Of a DNA stretch of 64,000 nucleotides, positions 23,214 to 32,509 are shown in pieces (the stretch's first letter is position 1; every line of letters begins with the position of its first letter). The notes beneath the pieces are model-generated. The model was not told the DNA's origin and ran no database searches. It was given only the letters and a program-made list of their open reading frames with translations. This stretch comes from a virus (taxonomy: Duplodnaviria > Heunggongvirae > Uroviricota > Caudoviricetes): IMG/VR virus record IMGVR_UViG_3300037466_002980, positions 170,811 to 234,810 of that record. One strand, given 5' to 3'. Position numbers and translations under genes: made by a program.

Positions 23214-23432
23214 TTATAAAGTTGGCTGTTGAGGTTCAGCAGATTGTCCATACATATCTGGTAAGAACTCTAGATGCTGTGCTTTATCATATTTTTCAGC
23301 ATCTCTAGCCTTTCTTAGTTTTTGAAGGTGCATGAAGGTAAGGCGTGGACGACGTGTATCATCCATTTTAGCCTTTCCTAATTCATCATCAGCTGGATCA
23401 TAAAATTCAACTAAAAGATTTTTTGCCCTCAT
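23214..23432 (-). CDS. small head-module protein
   Basis: DTRRPRLT..HL.KLR motif; AGGA SD. Confidence 0.75.
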   Translation of the reverse strand: MRAKNLLVEFYDPADDELGKAKMDDTRRPRLTFMHLQKLRKARDAEKYDKAQHLEFLPDMYGQSAEPQQPTL

Positions 23433-23462
23433 AATATCCTTTTTCCCGAATTATTATTTATC

Positions 23463-23678
23463 TTATAATGCTGGATAGACATCAACAGCTTGAGTTACTG
23501 ATCCCGAATGTCCCATTTGATTACTACGTTTCATAATATCTTTCATTTTACGCGCTGAATCAGATTTATTCTCGGGATCATCTTTTGCCTGCCCCCAGGG
23601 TTTAATTCTTTTCTGAACTTCAAAACGGAAATCGTCGTCCTCGTCTTTAACACCTTCCATAATTTCTGAAATTTTCAT
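23463..23678 (-). CDS. small protein with an MKIxEI-type N-terminus
   Basis: AGGA SD; N-terminus resembles head-targeted internal proteins. Confidence 0.65.
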   Translation of the reverse strand: MKISEIMEGVKDEDDDFRFEVQKRIKPWGQAKDDPENKSDSARKMKDIMKRSNQMGHSGSVTQAVDVYPAL

Positions 23679-23689
23679 TTTATCGATCC

Positions 23690-25414
23690 TTATTGTCCAA
23701 AATTATCTACTTCATTATCGGAAACTTCTGACCCATCTCCGCCGGTCATATCCATACCTTCGGTACCCTCTTCGCCTTCTGGAGGAAGCATTCCATCAAT
23801 GCCAGAACTTGTAATTCCAACATCTGATAAACCAGTTGGTGCAGATCCACCACCCATTGGTTCAGGTGCAAACGTTTTAGTGAGTCTGCTTCTCTCTTCC
23901 TTCCACATACGTTCATTTTCTGCAAGTTCTGCATCAGTCCAACCAAGATACCTTTTAAGAATAAATCTCTTAGAAACAAACGAAATATCAGTCAATGCAG
24001 TAAAGGCATTAATTTTTGCTGCATCTAATTCGAGTTGTCTGTATTCAGAGAATGATTGTGGTTCTGTAAACTGAATTTCAAATAAACTGTTATCAACTGT
24101 GACACCACGATGCTTTAAGAATAATTTAAATTCTGTATCGAAAGATTCAATAATTTGTTGTTGGTATCTTGAAACCACTTTAGCAAATCTAAATTCTTGA
24201 ATAAATGCTGTTCCAACCTTACCATCATTTATTGTGGCAGTTCCATCTTCTGGACCGGTTGGGAGATATGAACTTGGAACACCAAGCGCTCTCATCATTT
24301 TATTATTGAAATATCTTAAATCATCAATATCACCAAGATTTTCACCACCAGGTAATACTTCTACCTTAGATCCACGACCTTCACTTGTTACAGCAAAGAA
24401 GTAGTCTTCAAGAATAGACATTGGATTATATGTAGAATCGACAACATTTGCTCCGCCACCAGTTCTACTTGGAATTCTCTTTTGCTGAACTTCATAGCGA
24501 ACACGTTCAAGATACTGTTGTGATTTGTTTGGAGGCATTGTTCCGACGTCAATAAAGAAAACACGTCTTTCTGGTGCTCTGTGAACACGATAAATTAAGA
24601 TTGCATCTTCAAGTAATTCTTTCTGTTTATAAACTTTATAAATCTGTTCAAGAATACTTAAACCAAATGGCCATGCAGCATTCATACCATCAGTTAATGA
24701 AAGTTGAACAATATGTTCTGCATCTACTGCAACTGCACCACCATCTTGGTAGTTAGCTGTTCCTGCACCACCATAACCGCCCGATACATAATTCATGTTA
24801 CCTTGCATTGGCGGAGAAAATACAATACTATTCGCACCAAAAGTTTCATTTGAAAGTTTATTAAGCTGGTTAGTAGCAACCATGCTTTTGATATTTAAAT
24901 CAATATCCTTAATAAAATAACTTTCAATTTTCTTTCCATCACTTTCGTTAACAATAACCTTCTCTACTTTGGCAGGATCTACCCAATAGAGTTCAAATGT
25001 TTCTGGATCTCGAATAAAAAATTGATCTCCATATACTAGGGTTGATCTAAACATTCTCCATAGACGTCTATTTAATTTATTTAATCTAACCCATTGTCCT
25101 AAAGATTTTTCTAAAATTTGAATTTCAGCTGGCGTTGGTTCTTCATTATAATTAATAACCAATGGCATTTTAGTTGGTTCATTAACTTCAGTTCCAAAAT
25201 CAGCAATTGTATCTAGTGCAGCACTTATTTCATGATCAAAATTCATCTGATCATAAACTGAATATCTTTGTAATCTATCTGGTGGTCCAGAATAAACTTC
25301 TGGAAGCCAATTACTATATTTAGATATAGAAGCATATGCTGAAGTGCTATCTATTGATCTCTGTGATGCTGGTAAAACGGAATTTACCGGCTTAAAAAAC
25401 TTACGCCATGTCAT
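23690..25414 (-). CDS. gp20: portal protein (T4 gp20-like)
   Basis: EDAILIYRVHRAPERRVFFIDVG; EDYFF; LPGGENLG.IDD..YF. Confidence 0.97.
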   Translation of the reverse strand: MTWRKFFKPVNSVLPASQRSIDSTSAYASISKYSNWLPEVYSGPPDRLQRYSVYDQMNFDHEISAALDTIADFGTEVNEPTKMPLVINYNEEPTPAEIQILEKSLGQWVRLNKLNRRLWRMFRSTLVYGDQFFIRDPETFELYWVDPAKVEKVIVNESDGKKIESYFIKDIDLNIKSMVATNQLNKLSNETFGANSIVFSPPMQGNMNYVSGGYGGAGTANYQDGGAVAVDAEHIVQLSLTDGMNAAWPFGLSILEQIYKVYKQKELLEDAILIYRVHRAPERRVFFIDVGTMPPNKSQQYLERVRYEVQQKRIPSRTGGGANVVDSTYNPMSILEDYFFAVTSEGRGSKVEVLPGGENLGDIDDLRYFNNKMMRALGVPSSYLPTGPEDGTATINDGKVGTAFIQEFRFAKVVSRYQQQIIESFDTEFKLFLKHRGVTVDNSLFEIQFTEPQSFSEYRQLELDAAKINAFTALTDISFVSKRFILKRYLGWTDAELAENERMWKEERSRLTKTFAPEPMGGGSAPTGLSDVGITSSGIDGMLPPEGEEGTEGMDMTGGDGSEVSDNEVDNFGQ

Positions 25415-27801
25415 ACTTGTGCCCTGGTATATTTGAGAATATCTTTACTTGTAGATGCCATAGAATTAATGCTATGAAGAAGTTGTTCCATCAACGAATT
25501 TTGATAATTTAATGCTGTATTTATGTTAACATCACTAGAGGACTTCTCAATTCCTGTTCCTGCTGCAGAAGACGATTCTGGAATCTTCACTGCCTTGACT
25601 GATTGAGTATCGGGCTGTTCTGCAATTGTTTTCGGTGAAACTACATTTGTTTGTGATGGACTTTTAATAATAGTTACATTATTGGAACTAACTGCACTCG
25701 ATTTAGATTCAGAAATCTTTGTATTTGTCACTGATGATGCCGGTGATTTATTTTCACCAGAACCAAACCATCCTTTAGCAAAATCAGGAATAAATTTTCC
25801 AACGACACGGCCTATTAATTGTTTGAATGCATCGCCTATATCATTCACAATATTAGTAAATTCTGAAAATATCGATTTAACACTATCAGGAATTAATCCA
25901 ATAACCTCTTTTATTTTTCCACTAATCCACGATGCAATGTTTGCATATCCATCTCCGATTTCGGAAAAAGTTTTCATAAAATAATCTTTTATCTGAATCA
26001 ATCCCTTCCAGAATGAAGAGAGGGTATCTAACAGGCCAGCAGTAATATCATCAATTCCTTTAAATAGAGAATCCATCATATCGTTGAACCAATTGAAATT
26101 TGATACAACTCCGTATATCTGTTCTCCAATTGCCTGTCCTACTTCAAATGCTGCATAAAGTAATCCTGCCACACCTAATAATCTTCCAACTATAGGAAGT
26201 AATCTTCCTATTCCACCAAATAATCTGCTTATTAGTCCCGGTGCCTTAGATCCTTCTTCTGCAATCAGACCAAAATTCTTCGAAGCAACTCTAACAATCG
26301 ATCCTAATATTTTCATTCCGGCAAAAAATGTCCCAATTACAATGCCTATGCCAACCCACGATCTTGTTTGATCACTAAAAAGATTTATGAATGCATCAAT
26401 CTTTTTATTAAGCCATTCTAAACCATTTGCAAACATTTCAATCATTGGTGCTGTTGGTGCAAATGCCTGTTGCAACTTAGAAAGTAATGTTTCCCATTGA
26501 GTTGCTAATGCTGCTCGAGCCTTATTTGTACTTTCTAATTTCTTAAGATCTTTTTCATTTAATTCTGTAACAGCTCTTGCCGATTGTTGTAAACCAGCAT
26601 ACATTTCAAGTGCTTTGTTTGCTTCTCCAGCTAATTCCGGAACTTGACTATAGAAGTTCGCTTGTTGCTTATTTGCTTCAATTTCTGCGTGATTTCTTCT
26701 TTCAAATTCCTTTAATGCTTGAGCTTGTTGTTGTGGACTTAATCCATCTAGGCTTCTAACAAATGCTTGCATCTTCTGTGCAAATCCACCTTGACCTAAT
26801 TTCTGTAATGTCATTGATGTTTCGTTAAGTGGTTTTACTACATCGGTCATCATCTTTAAAAGACTCTTACCAAAATTTTGATTCTTTAACGATGATACAA
26901 ATTCTAAGGTAGATTCGGCTGCTTTTTCACCTACCTGTCCTTGTAAAACACTCGCTTCGTTACTCTTTGCTAATGCATCTAAATTGGCTAAAATTGCTGC
27001 TCTTGCCATTCCGGTTGCAAGACTTAATTTATTAATTCTATCTCCAAATCCAACTAATTCTGACGAAACCTGTAATACGCTCTTCTTACTGACGTCAGTG
27101 TATCCCATTTGTGTATCTAAATAAGCACCGAGTAAATCAGCAGATTCCTTGCTAGAAAATCCAAATTGCAATAAATTCTTTGTTGCTAAACCAACTGTCT
27201 TAGCAAATTTTCCTGCACTAAATGCATTCACTGCTGCATTATATTTCGTCATACTAGCTGCTAATTCTGTATAACGAACTCCAGTAAGTGCGGTAATCTG
27301 TTGAAGAGAATTAAATCCGTCAGATGCAGATTGTAGATTAGCGACCAAATTGATGCCTTCAGCATTTAGTTTGGTATAGGTATCAAAATTTTCTTTAAAT
27401 GTATTTTGAATTGCTGCTCCGAAAGCAACTATTCTACCTCTGATTTCTGTCCAGACAGCAAGCTGATCTTCCCAGTGCTTCTTCTTTTTCTTAAAATGAT
27501 CTTCTTCTTCTTTTCGTTCTTTCTTTTTCTTAGTATTTTCGGAATTTTCTTTAGCAAGGTTTTTAACTGCTTCTTCTAGCTCATCGTTATACTTCTTTGT
27601 TGTCTCTGGATTATTTGAACCTTTTCCGCCGAATTTTTTGGCAGCTTCTGCTAACATTTTATTCTGGACTTGTAATGTCTTTTCTAAAATGCCTTGAATT
27701 TTAAATAAGGTACTTTCAGTAGCCCATGGCGGAAGTCCGCTTAATGCTTCTGTAAACGCACCATCAGCAGCACCCGTAATAAAAACAGAATTATCAGCCA
27801 T
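25411..27801 (-). CDS. tape-measure-like protein
   Basis: 796-aa helical A/K/Q-rich protein with hydrophobic G-rich segments. Confidence 0.6.
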   Translation of the reverse strand: MADNSVFITGAADGAFTEALSGLPPWATESTLFKIQGILEKTLQVQNKMLAEAAKKFGGKGSNNPETTKKYNDELEEAVKNLAKENSENTKKKKERKEEEDHFKKKKKHWEDQLAVWTEIRGRIVAFGAAIQNTFKENFDTYTKLNAEGINLVANLQSASDGFNSLQQITALTGVRYTELAASMTKYNAAVNAFSAGKFAKTVGLATKNLLQFGFSSKESADLLGAYLDTQMGYTDVSKKSVLQVSSELVGFGDRINKLSLATGMARAAILANLDALAKSNEASVLQGQVGEKAAESTLEFVSSLKNQNFGKSLLKMMTDVVKPLNETSMTLQKLGQGGFAQKMQAFVRSLDGLSPQQQAQALKEFERRNHAEIEANKQQANFYSQVPELAGEANKALEMYAGLQQSARAVTELNEKDLKKLESTNKARAALATQWETLLSKLQQAFAPTAPMIEMFANGLEWLNKKIDAFINLFSDQTRSWVGIGIVIGTFFAGMKILGSIVRVASKNFGLIAEEGSKAPGLISRLFGGIGRLLPIVGRLLGVAGLLYAAFEVGQAIGEQIYGVVSNFNWFNDMMDSLFKGIDDITAGLLDTLSSFWKGLIQIKDYFMKTFSEIGDGYANIASWISGKIKEVIGLIPDSVKSIFSEFTNIVNDIGDAFKQLIGRVVGKFIPDFAKGWFGSGENKSPASSVTNTKISESKSSAVSSNNVTIIKSPSQTNVVSPKTIAEQPDTQSVKAVKIPESSSAAGTGIEKSSSDVNINTALNYQNSLMEQLLHSINSMASTSKDILKYTRAQV

Positions 27802-27824
27802 ATTTTCAGCCTATTAAGTCCCTT

Positions 27825-27862
27825 GATAAATAATAAAAAAGTATATTTCGATCTTATTTATC
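27825..27862. promoter_or_regulatory. face-to-face late promoter motifs for divergent operons
   Basis: GATAAATA on + (27825-27832) and on - (27855-27862). Confidence 0.6.
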
Positions 27863-27884
27863 AGAAATATTTTCAAGGAAAATT

Positions 27885-28724
27885 ATGGAACAACATCAGA
27901 ATCCACTAAAACAGTATTTTAGGCAAATTAAATTATTCATAAAACTACCAAGTGGAATTACATATTATCCACCGGGATCAATTAAATTTACAGATCAAGG
28001 TGAAGTGGGAATTTTTCCAATGACTGGAAAGGACGAATTAATCCTCAAAAATCCCGATGCCCTCTTAAATGGCGAAGCATTAATCGAAGTTTTAAAAAGT
28101 TGCGCACCATCTATTTCAGATCCAAAGATATTGTTAACAAATGATATCAATGCATTAATTACCGCTATTAGATATGCAACCTTTAATGATAAACTAGAAA
28201 CCGAAATTGCTTGTCCTTCGTGTGGTCATCAAAATTTATTCAAATTAGATTTAGGTTATGCATTAGACCACATGACGTATTTAGAAGCCGATTACGTTGT
28301 AAATCTCGAATCCGGACTTACAGTTTTTGTCAGGCCATACGGATTTACCGATCTTCTTGCAGGTTTACATGCTCAATTTGAACAAACAAAAATTCAAAGA
28401 GCTATCGAAAACGAAGATCTAACAGAAGAACAAAGAATAAAATTATTTTCTACCGCGTTTAAAGAAATGTCAAAAATTTCTTATTTGTTAGTTGCAAATT
28501 CAATTATCAAGGTTGTTGATGAAAGAAATAATATTCATGTAACCGATAAGAAAGATATTAAAGAATTTATAGATAATATCGATAAGAAAAGCATCGATCA
28601 AATTTCCGATCTAGTACAAGAAATTAATAAGGTAGGTATTAAACAAACATTCCCAGCTAAATGTGAAAAATGTAATCACGAATGGGAACACGAAATTGAT
28701 TTTAATCCGGTAAATTTTTCATAA
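27885..28724 (+). CDS. baseplate hub assembly protein (T4 gp26-like)
   Basis: NPLKQYFR..LPS.G; MT.KDEL.LK.PDALLNG; two CxxC pairs; FNPVNF end. Confidence 0.8.
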   Translation: MEQHQNPLKQYFRQIKLFIKLPSGITYYPPGSIKFTDQGEVGIFPMTGKDELILKNPDALLNGEALIEVLKSCAPSISDPKILLTNDINALITAIRYATFNDKLETEIACPSCGHQNLFKLDLGYALDHMTYLEADYVVNLESGLTVFVRPYGFTDLLAGLHAQFEQTKIQRAIENEDLTEEQRIKLFSTAFKEMSKISYLLVANSIIKVVDERNNIHVTDKKDIKEFIDNIDKKSIDQISDLVQEINKVGIKQTFPAKCEKCNHEWEHEIDFNPVNFS

Positions 28725-28732
28725 GGTCCTTA

Positions 28733-28951
28733 ATGTATCTACCATCCGAAAAATTAATGGACCTGTTAAAAACGTATGAAAACGAATGTAATAAATTAAG
28801 AGAAGATATAGCAGAAATTTGTTACGTTATGAAGGGTGGTGTTGATTATGATTCTGCCTGGGGAATGAGTTTCGAAGATAGAGAAATATTAATTAAGGTA
28901 ATTAATAGACACCTAAAAGCATCTAATCCTAACGGTAAAGAATATATGTGA
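28733..28951 (+). CDS. baseplate hub assembly catalyst (gp51-like)
   Basis: YxMKGG..Y..AW.MS.EDRE pattern; follows the gp26-like gene. Confidence 0.65.
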   Translation: MYLPSEKLMDLLKTYENECNKLREDIAEICYVMKGGVDYDSAWGMSFEDREILIKVINRHLKASNPNGKEYM

Positions 28952-28960
28952 GGCAATATC

Positions 28961-29530
28961 ATGCAAAAGAAGACAGATATACACGAACTTGACATTCCTA
29001 AAGATGATGTGGAATGTTGGAATAGATACACAAAATTTCATTGGGTCTATGATCTTTCTAGATTGTTTGAAGCACAGAGCCTTAAATGGTCTCCGTTTAA
29101 AACTGAAGAATTTTTTGTAAAAAGAAAGACATATGATATCATATCTGCAAATTCTCAAACTGATTCTTATATCTACACTAAAGACATAGATGGAGATCTA
29201 ACAATTTCAGAAGTTTACCTAATAAAAGGTGAATTAAAATACATGAGACATATCAATTCAACAACTCTAGAAGAATTACCTCTAAATGGACAAATAGAAC
29301 TAAGACTCAATGCTTTTTCAACTTTGTATTTTCAGAAGTTTACCGGTGTAATCACAATAGAAACAATTGGAATAGATATAGTCAGAATTAGACTTCGTCC
29401 ATATGTAGACATTATGGAAGAGAAGAATCATGAAGTCATTAAATTACTTCGTAGAATCTATAAGAAATCAGAAACTTCAATTATTAATGGTCTTACAGAC
29501 CAAGTCCATCAAGAATCCCTCGCTTCGTAA
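28961..29530 (+). CDS. hypothetical protein
   Basis: 189-aa ORF with GAGG SD. Confidence 0.7.
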   Translation: MQKKTDIHELDIPKDDVECWNRYTKFHWVYDLSRLFEAQSLKWSPFKTEEFFVKRKTYDIISANSQTDSYIYTKDIDGDLTISEVYLIKGELKYMRHINSTTLEELPLNGQIELRLNAFSTLYFQKFTGVITIETIGIDIVRIRLRPYVDIMEEKNHEVIKLLRRIYKKSETSIINGLTDQVHQESLAS

Positions 29531-29589
29531 ACTTCGCTCGTATTCTTTCGGACTAATAAAAAATTCTTATTTAATAATGATTTTATTTA

Positions 29590-29980
29590 AGGCTTGACGG
29601 GAGAGTCAGACCAAGGGTATCGCTACGCCTTGGTGGTGAAACTTCTTGACAGTTTCGCCAGACTCTGAAATAGGATATTTTATGTAGTGTTGGATTGATT
29701 ATGTCAACTACGCGCTCATAAGGCGTCCCGGAAGGGGTCCAGTATCTATGTCGATACCTTTTGGACTCAGTGTAATTCAATAGCTTTTCAGACAACTATT
29801 GACACTCAGCAGGCCATACCCTGTTTTCACATACCTGCTGCAAACTCCTCACTATCTTACGACAAATTAAATTTGCTTTCTTATAGCTCTGCCGCTGTGC
29901 ATTCAACGGTCCTGGCTGTTGCGCTCCATTCCGAACGACTCGCCGGCGATATTATAACGAAGGCTCGCTACCCTTATTCT
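29590..29980. ncRNA. candidate large structured ncRNA or origin-associated element
   Basis: Dense series of hairpins in a GC-richer intergenic region between convergent genes. Confidence 0.45.
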
Positions 29981-30228
29981 GCATTAAACTTAATTTCTAT
30001 GATTTGATTTGATTTAAGATTTGGGTTTAATTTGTTTTCTGTTTTTAATGTTTTCTGATTTTTAAATTTTTTCTATATATAAACCTAAACGCTGTTGTCC
30101 TTATACGTTCACAGGGCGCGTTACTCCTGCTATCTAAATTTTCGATTTTAAAATGATGAACAATTACTATGAACTGTTATTACTATTTTAGCAGTATTTA
30201 ATCATTGGCCTTAATAATTTTGATATAA

Positions 30229-30798
30229 TTAAAATTGACCATCGGGATCGGTAACAAAATGTCTCATTTCTTCAACACGAATTAACCAACCGCGAAGATA
30301 TTTTGCCTGAGTTGGTTTTCTTTGAACAATGTTTCTATAATAATCTGCACGTTCATCACATACAGAATTACATAAGGCAATCTCATCTGCATTTTTAATA
30401 GCTTCGATTGTTTCTTGTCCAATTTTTCCATCAACGGTAACATTTACTGCACGTTGAATTAATTTTGCTGCAGAAGCAAGTCCTATATTAATAGAACCGT
30501 CAAAGTGTAATGCGGCAAGACGTCCCGGCATATCATCACAATGAGAAGGAATCCAATATCTATCAAAATAAATGTGTTTGGCCTGTTCCCAATTTAAATT
30601 TTTAACATCAATATCTGGATTTTCATTTTCGGCAATTCCGTATTTTGTTTCTCCACCTGGATCGTTAGGATCATTGGTGTAACCTGTATATTTGTCGCTT
30701 GTACCATCAATGGCCCCTGGATTATCTAAACTCCAGAATCCACCAACTTCATATTTCATTTCATGATTTACGGCTGATTCAAATGCTTGCGAATACAC
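30229..30798 (-). CDS. endolysin, glycoside hydrolase family 108 with a peptidoglycan-binding domain
   Basis: EVGG...NDPNDPGGETKYGI; VDGKIG.ET; YLRGW..R; GTG start with GGGAG SD. Confidence 0.88.
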   Translation of the reverse strand: MYSQAFESAVNHEMKYEVGGFWSLDNPGAIDGTSDKYTGYTNDPNDPGGETKYGIAENENPDIDVKNLNWEQAKHIYFDRYWIPSHCDDMPGRLAALHFDGSINIGLASAAKLIQRAVNVTVDGKIGQETIEAIKNADEIALCNSVCDERADYYRNIVQRKPTQAKYLRGWLIRVEEMRHFVTDPDGQF

Positions 30799-30857
30799 AG
30801 TTTTCTCCCAATATAACGATATTTATGTGATAAATAACAAAACAAGGGATTTAATGA

Positions 30858-31376
30858 ATGCCAAGTAAATCAAAAACAAAAGGAAATTCCTGGGAATTAG
30901 ATGTATCTAAATTTCTAAGCGAAACCTATAACGAAAATTTTCTAAGAATACCGTCATCGGGTGCATTTGTTGGTGGAAAAAATAACATCAGAAAAGTATC
31001 ATTAGATGGATCACAACTTCAAAGTAAGAAGGGCGATATACATCCACCGGAAACATGGAAACATTGGAATATTGAATGTAAGAATTATAAAGATTTTCCA
31101 TTTCATCAATTATGGACAACTGATGTGAAAATTTTAGACTCGTGGATTCAACAACAGAAAGATGTTGAAGATCCAGGAGATTTAAATTTAATTCTTATTA
31201 AGATTAGTAGAAAAGATAAATGGGTTGTATTTCCGGAAAATCTCGGATTTATTGTCGATCGTTCTCTTCTGTACAAAGGCTGGTATTTTGTATCATGGGA
31301 TGATTTCTGGACAAAGGAACAGAATCGTAATCTTGTGAAACAACATTCCCAATTAGGTACCAATAAAGATTTATGA
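30858..31376 (+). CDS. Holliday junction resolvase-like PD-(D/E)XK nuclease
   Basis: SKTKGNSWE...GDI...IECKNY. Confidence 0.8.
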   Translation: MPSKSKTKGNSWELDVSKFLSETYNENFLRIPSSGAFVGGKNNIRKVSLDGSQLQSKKGDIHPPETWKHWNIECKNYKDFPFHQLWTTDVKILDSWIQQQKDVEDPGDLNLILIKISRKDKWVVFPENLGFIVDRSLLYKGWYFVSWDDFWTKEQNRNLVKQHSQLGTNKDL

Positions 31377-32029
31377 TTCCAACCTTTCTTGATTTACCTT
31401 TAATTAATTTAGAATGTGGACCCCCAGAAGATAGACGAAGATTAACATTCAGACTCGATTTTTTAAGACGTCGGGTTGGTGTTCTTGTAAGTGGTGGATT
31501 AGATAGTGCTTTATTGTATTATCTATTGGTTCGATTAAATCATGAAAATAATTGGTCTCATGAAATAACTCCCTATACGATTCTTCGAAAAGAAGGTTCA
31601 CCTGAGTTTGCTCCTTTGGTTATTAATTATATCGATAGTTTGTTTGGATTACCGAAGAGAGAATTATCGATTGTTGGCGATAATACATTACCCGAAAATA
31701 AACAGGTAGAATCTGGTGTGGTAGAAATACTTAAAAATCAAGGTATTGTCTATCTCGGATTAATTGAAAATTTAGAAATTCATACAGTTGGTTGGAATAC
31801 ACCAACAATATGGAAAGATTCAGAGATTAGAAAATACCCCCTCAAGCATCTTAATAAGAGTCATATCATTGATTTAATCTATCAATGTAATCAAGAATAT
31901 TTATTTGAAATTACACATAGTTGCATTTTTCCATCGGGCAGATGTAATGAATGCAATGGATGCAATGGATGCAATGAACGTAATTGGGGTTTTATGCAAC
32001 TTGGAAAAACAGATCCAGGAAAGCGATAA
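31373..32029 (+). CDS. QueC/ExsB-like PP-loop protein
   Basis: VSGGLDS PP-loop; PL..LNK..I; THSC...C..C..C..R zinc site. Confidence 0.7.
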   Translation: MIPTFLDLPLINLECGPPEDRRRLTFRLDFLRRRVGVLVSGGLDSALLYYLLVRLNHENNWSHEITPYTILRKEGSPEFAPLVINYIDSLFGLPKRELSIVGDNTLPENKQVESGVVEILKNQGIVYLGLIENLEIHTVGWNTPTIWKDSEIRKYPLKHLNKSHIIDLIYQCNQEYLFEITHSCIFPSGRCNECNGCNGCNERNWGFMQLGKTDPGKR

Positions 32030-32038
32030 TTTAATCTA

Positions 32039-32509
32039 TTAAATTCGAGAAAAATTATTCTTCTTATTTGATTTCTTATAATCACCAGATATAAATGATT
32101 TATACGAATGACAATCTTTACATAATGTCTGAACATTATCTGGAACATTATTAAAATGATTGCCATCAATGTGGTCTAATTCCAATTGGCCTGAAAACTT
32201 TATAGTAGTGGTACATGTGAAACCTAATCGACCATCGATATTTTCACAAAAATCTTTTTTATGTGCTTTTATATTTTCTGGTAATAATTTCTTACCATAA
32301 CTGGCTTCATGGCAAGACCTGCATACTGTTCTAAGTACACGTCTAGTTTTTACATTTTCTACAGACCCTGATGATAATGTAACAGGGTTTTCACAACCAT
32401 GATTAATACATTTCGGTCTAGGCATTCCGTCTGGAAAGAGATACGGCGCCTCCCATATTTGAACCTGATTTGTCATACCGGTTATATTTATGAGATGACG
32501 CCAAATCAA
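32039..32509 (-). CDS. HNH endonuclease
   Basis: LELDHIDGNHFNN.PDNVQTLC..CH. Confidence 0.88.
   Translation of the reverse strand: MIWRHLINITGMTNQVQIWEAPYLFPDGMPRPKCINHGCENPVTLSSGSVENVKTRRVLRTVCRSCHEASYGKKLLPENIKAHKKDFCENIDGRLGFTCTTTIKFSGQLELDHIDGNHFNNVPDNVQTLCKDCHSYKSFISGDYKKSNKKNNFSRI

Noticed and set aside
29583-29795. 70-aa ORF in the structured island
   Set aside because: No ATG start or SD, and it coincides with dense hairpins, so it is more likely non-coding
29590-29980. RNase P RNA, tmRNA or self-splicing intron
   Set aside because: I could not find GAGGAAAGTCC/P4, a tRNA-like GGGG...TCCACCA pair of ends, or intron core motifs on either strand; left as unknown
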